Assembly (NCBI GenBank): GCA_964372275.1
Contig: CAYJRR010000013.1
Location: 1 to 50,760 of the forward strand
Reading direction: 5' to 3'
DNA: 50,760 nucleotides
Source: an uncultured bacterium
GTDB lineage: Bacteria > CAYJRR01
Shown here: piece after piece, positions 27,340 to 35,626 of the stretch
How positions within the stretch are numbered: position 1 is the first letter of the stretch
Layout of the letters: the number at the start of each line of letters is the position of its first letter
Position numbers and translations under genes: made by a program
The notes under the pieces: model-generated
What the model saw: only the letters and a program-made list of their open reading frames with translations
Told to the model about the DNA's origin: nothing
The model's database searches: none

Positions 27340-29250
27340 ATGGCGCGCGCCAGCCAGAAGATCACCTCCAGCAGCACTGCGGAGTATTTTGCCAAGAACC
27401 TCCAGCAGGTCGGCTTCTCCAGCCACACCAAGGCGGTCCTCACCACCGTCAAGGAGGCGGTCGACAACGCGCTCGACGCTTGCGAGGAGGAGGGAATCCT
27501 CCCCGACGTCTCGGTCCAGGTGGAGCGGCTGGGGGCCGGATCGTCGCGGAACGCCGATTCGATCCGCATCACCGTCGAGGACAACGGTCCGGGTCTCTCG
27601 CTCGAGCAGGTCCCCCAGGTCTTTGGCGAATACCTCGCCTCCTCGAAGTTCGGGCGCGGCCGGTGCTCGCGCGGCCAGCAGGGGATCGGGATCTCGGCGG
27701 TCACCACCTGGGCCCAGCTCACCTCCGCCTCGGGCGCGGTCGTCGTCACCAAGACCGAATCGATGCGCCAGGCGGTGCAGGCGGTGGTCGAGGTCGACAT
27801 CAAAGCCAACAAGGGGCTGCTCAAGAACAAGACGCCGTTCGACTGGGGGGAGAAGAAACGCGGGGTCCGGGTCACCTTCGTCATCGACGGACGGATTCAG
27901 CTCAACGGCGAAGGGGGGCTGCTCGCCTACTTGAACGGCACCACGCTGGTGAATCCGCACCTCTCGCTGCGCTACAAACTCCCCGACGACGCCGACTGGA
28001 CCGAGGTCCCGCGGGTGTCGGAGGTCGTGCCGTCGATCCCGCCGGCCACCGAGCCCCATCCGCACACCATGAAGCTCGGCGAGTTCATCGCCCATTCGCA
28101 CCTGTTCGGGCGGGTGAAGACCTCCGCTTGGCTCAAGCGCGGCTTTTCGCGCGTCAACGAGCCGGCGCTGGTGGAGATCGGAAAGGCGCCGGGCTGCAAG
28201 CCGCTGATGGAACGAAGCGTCGACGGCCTCACCGAAGGGGACTTCAAGGCGGTCTACTCGGCCCTGCAAAACGTAAAGTTCATGGCGCCGTCGACCAAGT
28301 CGGTGCTGTCGATCGGCGAGGAGGCCCTCTCGAAGAGCATCGCCCGGCTGGGAAAGGTCGACTTCTTCTCCGTCGTTTCGCGCAAGCCCGTCATCTGCGA
28401 CTTCAAGCCGGTGCAGGTGGAGGTCGCCGTCGCGCGCCGCGAGGAGAGGGGGGCCGATCCGGAGGAGCCGGTGACGGTGCTGCGCTTCGCCAACCGCGTG
28501 CCGCTCCAGTTCGACAAGTCGGCCTGCGCGCTGGTGCAGGCGCTCACCTCGGTGAACTGGCGCACCTACGGGATCCAGCAGCCGCGCGGATCGCTGCCGC
28601 AGGGGCCGTACGTCGTCGCGATCTCGGTCGTCTCCCCCTTCATCAAGTTCAAGAACGCCTCGAAGGAGACGGTCGACGCCAGTGACGAGCTGGTGGAGGA
28701 GATCCGGCGCGCCTTGATCCAGGCCGGACAGCGGCTGTCGCGCTACATCCGCCGCGAGGCGAAGGCGGCCGACGTAGAGGAGAAGCTGCGCCACATCGAG
28801 CAGTTCGGGCCGATCCTGGTGTCGACGTTGGCCAGGATCGTGAAGGCGCCGAAGTCGCGGGAGAGGTCGGCCGCCGACGGTCTGGCGAAACTGCTCGGGC
28901 GCGAAGCGAAGCTCGCGGAGAAGGAGCTCTCGCAGGCGATCGAGGTGGTCGAGGCGGCGACGGCGAAGGCCGACCTGGCGGAGGCGCAGGCGACGGCGGA
29001 GATGGGGAACCGGGCGGAATCGGCCCGATCGGAGTCCGTTTCGGTTCCCGTAGCCGTATCCGATCCGAATCGGAACCGATCCGGCCGGATCAAGGGTCCG
29101 CTCGCCAAGGCGTCCCTCAAAGCCCGCCAGCAATCGTTGTTCGGCGAAGCCGAGCTGCCGCCCCCGGCCGCAACGAAGCGGCCGGAGAAGAAGGCGGCGG
29201 GGAAGCCGGCGTCGGAGAGGCCGGCGCCACGCGGGAAGGCGAAGCGATGA
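27340..29250 (+). CDS. top6B: DNA topoisomerase VI subunit B
   Basis: AEYFAKNLQQVGF; GHKL motifs VKEAVDNALDA, VEDNGPG, SRGQQGIGIS; PHPH; RFANRVPL; KE transducer lysine. Confidence 0.95.
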   Translation: MARASQKITSSSTAEYFAKNLQQVGFSSHTKAVLTTVKEAVDNALDACEEEGILPDVSVQVERLGAGSSRNADSIRITVEDNGPGLSLEQVPQVFGEYLASSKFGRGRCSRGQQGIGISAVTTWAQLTSASGAVVVTKTESMRQAVQAVVEVDIKANKGLLKNKTPFDWGEKKRGVRVTFVIDGRIQLNGEGGLLAYLNGTTLVNPHLSLRYKLPDDADWTEVPRVSEVVPSIPPATEPHPHTMKLGEFIAHSHLFGRVKTSAWLKRGFSRVNEPALVEIGKAPGCKPLMERSVDGLTEGDFKAVYSALQNVKFMAPSTKSVLSIGEEALSKSIARLGKVDFFSVVSRKPVICDFKPVQVEVAVARREERGADPEEPVTVLRFANRVPLQFDKSACALVQALTSVNWRTYGIQQPRGSLPQGPYVVAISVVSPFIKFKNASKETVDASDELVEEIRRALIQAGQRLSRYIRREAKAADVEEKLRHIEQFGPILVSTLARIVKAPKSRERSAADGLAKLLGREAKLAEKELSQAIEVVEAATAKADLAEAQATAEMGNRAESARSESVSVPVAVSDPNRNRSGRIKGPLAKASLKARQQSLFGEAELPPPAATKRPEKKAAGKPASERPAPRGKAKR

Positions 29251-30389
29251 GGCGGGCGATTGCAGTCGAGAAGATCTCGAAGGAGATGTGCGAGCGCCTG
29301 CTCTCCGACCTCGAGGCGGCGCGCCGTCCGGTCCTCAAGGCGACCAAGTGCACGCTCGACAACTCGCGCTACGACCCGAAGATCGGCTTCCTCACGCCCG
29401 GCCCCTTGAAGGTCGCGACCGAGCTCAACGTCAGCTCGGTGAAGAAGATGTCCCGCGCCATCTTCATGCTCGAGATCATGCTCCGGAATCTCGAAGTCGG
29501 GGCGGTCAACACCAAGCGCGAGCTCTATTACATCAGCAAGGGCGAGATCAAACACAACAGGACCTTGAAGCCCCTCGACTTCGAGGACCAGGACGAGTCG
29601 GACGCCACCATCGACTTCATCTGCGAGATGCTCGAGTGCTACCGCGAGGACGTGAACTGCTACGCCAACGACCGCGGCGGGCAGACCTACTCGCAGCTCT
29701 TGGTCGTCACCGAGACGCTCCCCGACGGAACGAAGGCGGAGGTCGACCTCTCGACGCTCGGGACGACGCCGTTCCAGCCGCGCAACCGGCCGCAGGCGTT
29801 GAAGCTCCGCGCCAAGAAGAAGATCGAGTTCTGCGTGATCGTCGAGTCGGAGGGCACGGCCAACACGCTGCAGGCCAACGGCTTCACCAAGCGTCACAAC
29901 GCCATCCTGATGGGGGCGCAAGGCGTGCCGTCGAACGCGGTGCGCGGCTGGGCGAAGCTGATCCAGGACGAGCTGTCGGTCCCGATGTTCTTCTTCGGCG
30001 ACCTCGACGCCTACACGTTGCAGAACATCTTCCGGACGCTCAAGGCGGGGAGCGCGGCGAGCCTGATCCGCAACTCCGACTTCTCCGCGCCCGATGTCCG
30101 CTTTCTCGGTGTGCTGCCCCCGGACATCCGGAAGTACGACCTGAACGACTACCCGGTGAAGGAGAACGACCTGCAGGAGGCGCGGGCCTTGAAGAAGGCG
30201 GTCGACGCGCTCCAGAACGATCCCTTCTTCCGCGACAAGCGCAACAAGGGGTTGAGCTCCATCCTCCACTGGCTGGTCGAGAACAAGCGCCGGTGCGAGC
30301 AGCAGGCCTACTTCTCGGTCGATCCGCGCAATCCGCTCAAGCCGGAGGAGATCCTCGTCGAGAAGATCCGAAAGGGCGACTACGTCTAG
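29247..30389 (+). CDS. top6A: DNA topoisomerase VI subunit A (Spo11-like)
   Basis: TKRELYY (catalytic Tyr); TOPRIM IVESEG and FGDLDAY; GAQGVP; C-terminal EQQA; ATGA overlap with top6B. Confidence 0.95.
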   Translation: MRRAIAVEKISKEMCERLLSDLEAARRPVLKATKCTLDNSRYDPKIGFLTPGPLKVATELNVSSVKKMSRAIFMLEIMLRNLEVGAVNTKRELYYISKGEIKHNRTLKPLDFEDQDESDATIDFICEMLECYREDVNCYANDRGGQTYSQLLVVTETLPDGTKAEVDLSTLGTTPFQPRNRPQALKLRAKKKIEFCVIVESEGTANTLQANGFTKRHNAILMGAQGVPSNAVRGWAKLIQDELSVPMFFFGDLDAYTLQNIFRTLKAGSAASLIRNSDFSAPDVRFLGVLPPDIRKYDLNDYPVKENDLQEARALKKAVDALQNDPFFRDKRNKGLSSILHWLVENKRRCEQQAYFSVDPRNPLKPEEILVEKIRKGDYV

Positions 30390-30414
30390 CGAAGCGGGCC
30401 GGCCGAGGTAGCGG

Positions 30415-30972
30415 ATGGCGCTCGCCGAGACCCGCTACCAGTTCCGGGTGACGCTCGCCGACGTGACGCGCGGGGTCGACGCGCAGACGGTCCTCACCCT
30501 GGCGCAGCATCCGTCGGAGACGATCGGGCGGGTCTACCTGCGGCTCCTCACCTGGGCGATCTGGTACACGCCACGCCTGACCGCTGGGCCCGGCCTCTGC
30601 GAGCCGGACGAGCCGACCTTCTACGAGGACGACCTCACCGGGCGGCGGAGCCTCTGGATCGCCGTCAATCCGGCGCGCGCCGACAAGGTCCGGCACGCCG
30701 TCCGGCACAGCCGCGGCGCGACGGTGGCGATCGCCTTCGACGGTCTCCCATCGCTCGCGCGCTTCCGCGAGACGGCGGACGGCTCGACGGAGCTCCGCGA
30801 AGCGGAGTTCGTGGTGTTCGAAGAGGGATTGGTCGAGCGTCTGGCCGAATCGCTCGACGAGCGGCGCTACGACCTGAGCCTCACGATCGTCGAAGATCAC
30901 CTGTACCTGACGGCCGGACGGCAGACGTTCGAGGGGACGTTCGCGCGCTCGCGTGGGCTGCCGCCGGGGTGA
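30415..30972 (+). CDS. yaeQ: YaeQ family protein
   Basis: LADVTRG...LTLAQHPSET...RLL, GLCEPDEP, DLTG...LWI are YaeQ-type motifs. Confidence 0.88.
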   Translation: MALAETRYQFRVTLADVTRGVDAQTVLTLAQHPSETIGRVYLRLLTWAIWYTPRLTAGPGLCEPDEPTFYEDDLTGRRSLWIAVNPARADKVRHAVRHSRGATVAIAFDGLPSLARFRETADGSTELREAEFVVFEEGLVERLAESLDERRYDLSLTIVEDHLYLTAGRQTFEGTFARSRGLPPG

Positions 30973-31389
30973 ACCGGGTCGTTCCGATCTCCGCGCCCAC
31001 CGTCAGCCGTCTACCGGTCGCCGATGCCTTGTCCCGCAGACTCGCCCATCGAGACCGTGCGCCGAGAAAGGATCCGCGGATGCTGGATGGTCGCGCCGTT
31101 CATGGTCTGTCCCCCCGACATTCCAGAGGGGCACATCGCATGCCAACCGCCATGCCGCCGATTCACGGAGGAGTCCGAGGAGGTCGTCGCCATCGAACAC
31201 GCTTGGGATCGGGGGCTCATCACCCCGAGGTGATGAAATGCTCCGGTCTCACCGACCGTTTGTCGTCGAGGAGCCAGGCCTCGGAGCGATCCTCACCGGC
31301 GCCGTCGAAAATGAAGCCCGAATCGACACGGGCGGGATCTCCAGTCTGTCGTATCCTAACCGGAGTTCGAACGAACGAGTGGGACCGCC

Positions 31390-33342
31390 GTGACGGTCAG
31401 AGAGGGGGAGCGGTTGTTCGGCGCACCGACGATCGACTCGGGGTGGGTTCTCGTCGCGCTAGGTTTCCTCGCGGTCGGTTGCGATCGGAAGAGCGAATCG
31501 GCGCCGAAGCTGGCGTTCGAGCTCAACAGCCCATCGCACGGCCAGAAGGGCGTCACACGAACGCCGACCCTCGCTTGGACCGACGCGAAGGACGAGAGCG
31601 GCTACCGCGTGGAGATCGCCACCGACCCGTCGTTCGCGGCGCCGGTCTTCGAGGCATCGGTCGACGCCGACGTAAACACGGTGATGGTTCCGGACGGGGT
31701 GATCGGGACCGGAAAGCGATACTTCTGGCGCGTTCGCGCCGTTCGCGGGGACCGGACCGAGACCGCGTCGAATGCGCCGTTCGTCTTCACCGCCCTGGGG
31801 TGGTCCCGCACCTATACCTCCGCCGGAACCGACTCGGTCTTGGAAACGCTTTCGCTGGGGTCGAGCGGCTACCTCTCGATCGGCATGGTGCAGGGAACGT
31901 CGGGGCAGGGCATCGATCTTTGGATCGCCCAGCTCGACGCCGAAGGCGCGGTCCAGCGGGAGAGGTCGCTTGGCGGCACGGGATACGACTTCGGCATGGG
32001 GATCGCCGAGGGAATTGGCGGTGGCTATTTCGCCGTCGGAAACACCTCTTCCTTCGGAGCAGGTCTTCAAGACGCGTGGGTTCTGAAGCTCTCCACCGAA
32101 GGGGAGATCGAGTGGCAGCGGACCATCGGCAGTCCGGTGGAAAATACGGTGTATGCCTACCTGGTCCAGAACGACGGCTACCTTCTCGCCGGCACCAACG
32201 TCACCTCCGGCGAGTACGACGGTTGGCTGCTGAAGCTTGATGCGGAGGGCCAAGTCGTCTGGTCGCGATCCTACGCGCGTGCGGACGTCGACTTTTTCTC
32301 TTCACTGCTTCCGATCGAAGGTGGAGGGGCCTTGGTCGGAGCGACGGCGCTTGACTCGGAGATCGTCCTGCTCGAGATCGACGCCCTAGGCGCCATCGTG
32401 TGGCAGAAGTCCTACAGCAGGGGCGGAGTCGGGGAGTATCCCTATCTGGCCTCCCTCCGACCGAGGACCGGCGGGGGGGCCCGGGTGATGGCGGAGATGG
32501 CCGACTCCGACATCGATATCGTCCTGTTCGACGTCGACGCCGACGGAGAGGTGATCGTCAGCAGGTCCTATGGAGGAACGGATTATGACGGCACGTTCCC
32601 CATCCCCACGCTCGATACGCCGGACGGCGGCACCGTCTTCACCGCGGTGACCCAATCGTTCGGAGCCGGGAGTCAGGACATCTGGCTCGTCCGTCTCGAC
32701 ACCGACGGCGACATTCTCTGGCAGAAGACGTTCGGATCGAGCAGCGACGACACTCCGGAAGATCTCGTCATGACGCCGGGCGGCGGATTCCTCGTATCGG
32801 GGAGCTCCTATGGGGAGTTCGGCATGGGAGGCTACAACGGGTGGATCTTCGAGGTCGACGAAGACGGGGTGGTCGATCTCAACACCCCGGAGAGCGGCTT
32901 CTGGAGCAGCGACGCAATCGGGACCACCGCCGCAATGACGATCTCGGTCGGCACACCGCTCTACGTCTCGGCGAGCTACCCGGTGACGACGACCGATCCG
33001 ACGGCGTCGTTCGACGACACCCACCTCCTGGTCGAGGCACAGTCGGGGGCGGTGGGAGCGATTGCGGCCCCGGAGATTCTGCAGGTCCTACCCGGCGGAC
33101 CGGAGGAGTTGAGGCCGACCTGGAGCCAGGTCGTCGACGCGCGGGGATATGGGGTGTTTCGGTCCAGCGACGGCCTCTACTTCCGTAGGATCGCGTCCGT
33201 ATCCGGAGAGTCGCTGACCTATTCGGACGGTTTGTCCGTGGAACCGCTGGTGAGCGGAGAGACCTACTACTACCGCGTGATCGCGTTCGGCGACCAAGGC
33301 TACGGCGAGTTCTCGGCCATCCGGGCGGCGACAGCTCCGTAG
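31390..33342 (+). CDS. Lipoprotein with FN3-like domains flanking beta-propeller repeats
   Basis: AVGC lipobox; repeated DxWxxKLDxxGxxxWxxTxG blades; YFWRVRA and YYYRVIA FN3 strands. Start is uncertain. Confidence 0.85.
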   Translation: MTVREGERLFGAPTIDSGWVLVALGFLAVGCDRKSESAPKLAFELNSPSHGQKGVTRTPTLAWTDAKDESGYRVEIATDPSFAAPVFEASVDADVNTVMVPDGVIGTGKRYFWRVRAVRGDRTETASNAPFVFTALGWSRTYTSAGTDSVLETLSLGSSGYLSIGMVQGTSGQGIDLWIAQLDAEGAVQRERSLGGTGYDFGMGIAEGIGGGYFAVGNTSSFGAGLQDAWVLKLSTEGEIEWQRTIGSPVENTVYAYLVQNDGYLLAGTNVTSGEYDGWLLKLDAEGQVVWSRSYARADVDFFSSLLPIEGGGALVGATALDSEIVLLEIDALGAIVWQKSYSRGGVGEYPYLASLRPRTGGGARVMAEMADSDIDIVLFDVDADGEVIVSRSYGGTDYDGTFPIPTLDTPDGGTVFTAVTQSFGAGSQDIWLVRLDTDGDILWQKTFGSSSDDTPEDLVMTPGGGFLVSGSSYGEFGMGGYNGWIFEVDEDGVVDLNTPESGFWSSDAIGTTAAMTISVGTPLYVSASYPVTTTDPTASFDDTHLLVEAQSGAVGAIAAPEILQVLPGGPEELRPTWSQVVDARGYGVFRSSDGLYFRRIASVSGESLTYSDGLSVEPLVSGETYYYRVIAFGDQGYGEFSAIRAATAP

Positions 33343-33440
33343 CGGTTCGCGCTCGACGACCTCGGCCTCGTTACGCGCGCAGACCGCCGGGGACCATGGC
33401 GACCGCGAGCCGAAGGGGACTCCCCTGGTAGAATGGAGGG

Positions 33441-35255
33441 GTGGTGCGCTTCGCTCGTGCGTCATTTCCGCTTGCGCTCGCGGCCGGACTCACGGCCTCC
33501 GGCTGCAAGTTCGACGGGCGCGCATCGCTTGTTCCGAAGGCGGATCCGGCCCAGGTGCGCGTCCGCGTGTTGGCGGTGATCTACGACCCGATCCTCGAGT
33601 CCCACGAGGGGAAGAAGCTCCACGAGGCGATGGGCTGGAACGATCCCGACCTCCTCACCGAACAGCTGATCGCCGACCTGAACGACGCGAGCCACGGGAC
33701 GGTTCGCTACGAAATCGTTGAACGGATCGAGCGCGACGAGTGGCCGCAGCACGAGAGCGGCCTGCGCTACACCGACGAGCAGTACCTGACCGAAACCGCC
33801 GCGGGATCGTGGACGCTCGGTGACGGCGACTACCTCGCGATCATCGCCTCGAACCAGATCGAGTCGAAGGTGAACGGCGGCGAGATCGACGAGGTCTTCT
33901 TGTGGGGCTTTCCCGGCGCCGGATGGGCGGAGTCGAGGATGGCGGGGAACGGTGGCTACTGGGTGAACAGCCTTCCACTCGGTGGCGTGTCGACCAAGGG
34001 CTTCATTCTGATGGGGTTCAACTACGAGCGCGGCGTGGCGGAGGCGCTGGAGTCCTACGGTCACCGCGCGGAGTCGATCCTGCGCCGGGTGTACGACAGC
34101 TGGGAGGCGGTGGAGTCGCACGACTGGAACCGCTTCACGCTGCTCGATCGCGACGTGCCCGGCCGCGGCGGCATCGGGAACGCGCACAACGCCTTCAACG
34201 CCGAGGAGGGGACCGACTACAACCGCACCTCCATGAGGACCGTCTCGACTTCGGCCGACGACTGGTACAACTTTCCCACGGTCACCGGAGCGCGAACCAA
34301 CCTGAACTGCGAGGCCTGGGGGTGCGACGACCGCGGCTACCTGAAGTGGTGGTACGACCACATGCCGCACGCCGCCGGAACGAAGGACGGGATCCTCAAC
34401 AACTGGTGGCGGTACCTCGTCGACCCGAACCTGGCGACCTCGAGCTTCTCCGCGTCGCCGGAGGCCGAGTTGACCGACATGAACTCGGCGGACTACGCCT
34501 GCTGGGCCGAAAACAGCACCTGTACGCTCCAGGACGAGGCGACGCACCTGAAGCGCGGGCTCTCGTCCCTTCGGTTCGAGACGTTCGGCGGATTCGACAA
34601 CTGGATCCGATATCCGGCGGCCGGGAATGCGAACTGGGACCTCTCCGGCGAGGTCAACCTCTCGTTCTGGGCCTACGCCATCAATCCCAGTCCCTTCGAC
34701 TTCCAGAACGACTCGCCGTGGATCTACCTGAAGAACGCCGACGGAAGCTGGTTCCGTTATCAGTCGACCGGGGAGCCGCTCAACGACGCGGTCGACGCGT
34801 GGGCGCGGTACGACGTTCCGCTCGCCGGAAACGTGGCGTGGTCGCGGACGACGAACGGAGCTCCCACGCTCTCGGACGTCGACCAGGTCGAAATTCACGC
34901 CGATACCTGGGACAACGGCTTCGTCCTCTACCTCGATGACCTCGGCTTCACCGGCGACGACCCGCCGGCCGAGCAGAATCCGCCGACGGGTAGCATCGTC
35001 AGCCCGACGGACGAGCTGACCGTCGCCGGTACGACACCGATCCGCGTCGACGCCGCCGACGACGTCGCCGTCGCCCGCGTGGAGGTCTTCCTCGACGGCC
35101 GCCTGCTCGACAGCGACTCGATCGCGCCGCACGTCGCCTTCTGGGACACGACCTCCGCAAAAGACGGGGAGCACCGGCTCTCCGCGACCGTCTTCGACTT
35201 CGCCGGAAACTCGGCCCAGACGGCCGAGATCGTCGTCACGGTCGAGAATCCCTGA
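33441..35255 (+). CDS. Lipoprotein: uncharacterised N-terminal domain, CBM-like jelly-roll, C-terminal Ig-like (Big_7-type) domain
   Basis: ASGC lipobox; ESYGHRAES; LYLDDL; ADDVAVARVEVFLDG...WDTT...DGEHRL...DFAGN. Confidence 0.85.
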   Translation: MVRFARASFPLALAAGLTASGCKFDGRASLVPKADPAQVRVRVLAVIYDPILESHEGKKLHEAMGWNDPDLLTEQLIADLNDASHGTVRYEIVERIERDEWPQHESGLRYTDEQYLTETAAGSWTLGDGDYLAIIASNQIESKVNGGEIDEVFLWGFPGAGWAESRMAGNGGYWVNSLPLGGVSTKGFILMGFNYERGVAEALESYGHRAESILRRVYDSWEAVESHDWNRFTLLDRDVPGRGGIGNAHNAFNAEEGTDYNRTSMRTVSTSADDWYNFPTVTGARTNLNCEAWGCDDRGYLKWWYDHMPHAAGTKDGILNNWWRYLVDPNLATSSFSASPEAELTDMNSADYACWAENSTCTLQDEATHLKRGLSSLRFETFGGFDNWIRYPAAGNANWDLSGEVNLSFWAYAINPSPFDFQNDSPWIYLKNADGSWFRYQSTGEPLNDAVDAWARYDVPLAGNVAWSRTTNGAPTLSDVDQVEIHADTWDNGFVLYLDDLGFTGDDPPAEQNPPTGSIVSPTDELTVAGTTPIRVDAADDVAVARVEVFLDGRLLDSDSIAPHVAFWDTTSAKDGEHRLSATVFDFAGNSAQTAEIVVTVENP

Positions 35256-35556
35256 CCGGCGGCACAAGTCGGTCGTCTTCGACGTCGAGCTCGAGGATCG
35301 GAAAACGCTCCTCCACGCACGCCGCCATTTCGCTGCCGGCATCGGCGTCCGCGGAGCCGCTCGTGGTCTGCCGGTCGTAGTGTGCGCGACTGGGCCACTG
35401 CGCGTACGCCACGTAGGTGCCATCGGCGGCGCGGTGAAGCCGTGAGCCGAGACTCCCTCGAGTCGTCCGGATCGCGTCGGTCATCCTCGCCCATGCCACC
35501 CGGAATCGCTGCTCCGAGCCCACCTTCAACCGCCAGCGGTAGACGATGACGAACAT
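35236..35556 (-). CDS. Antibiotic-biosynthesis-monooxygenase (ABM) family protein
   Basis: MFVIVYRWRLKVG.E..F..AW, GSLGSRLH, YAQWPS; GGAGA RBS. Confidence 0.85.
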   Translation of the reverse strand: MFVIVYRWRLKVGSEQRFRVAWARMTDAIRTTRGSLGSRLHRAADGTYVAYAQWPSRAHYDRQTTSGSADADAGSEMAACVEERFPILELDVEDDRLVPPVRDSRP

Positions 35557-35626
35557 CGGTTCTCCATTCTAGCGCCCCCAACCTCCGTCGTTGCTCGGAC
35601 CGGATTCGGCGCGCAAGATTGAGCAG

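Noticed and set aside
31024-31233. 69-aa Cys/Pro-rich ORF in the yaeQ-lipoprotein gap
   Set aside because: No RBS, motif or convincing codon bias; cannot be supported without homology data.
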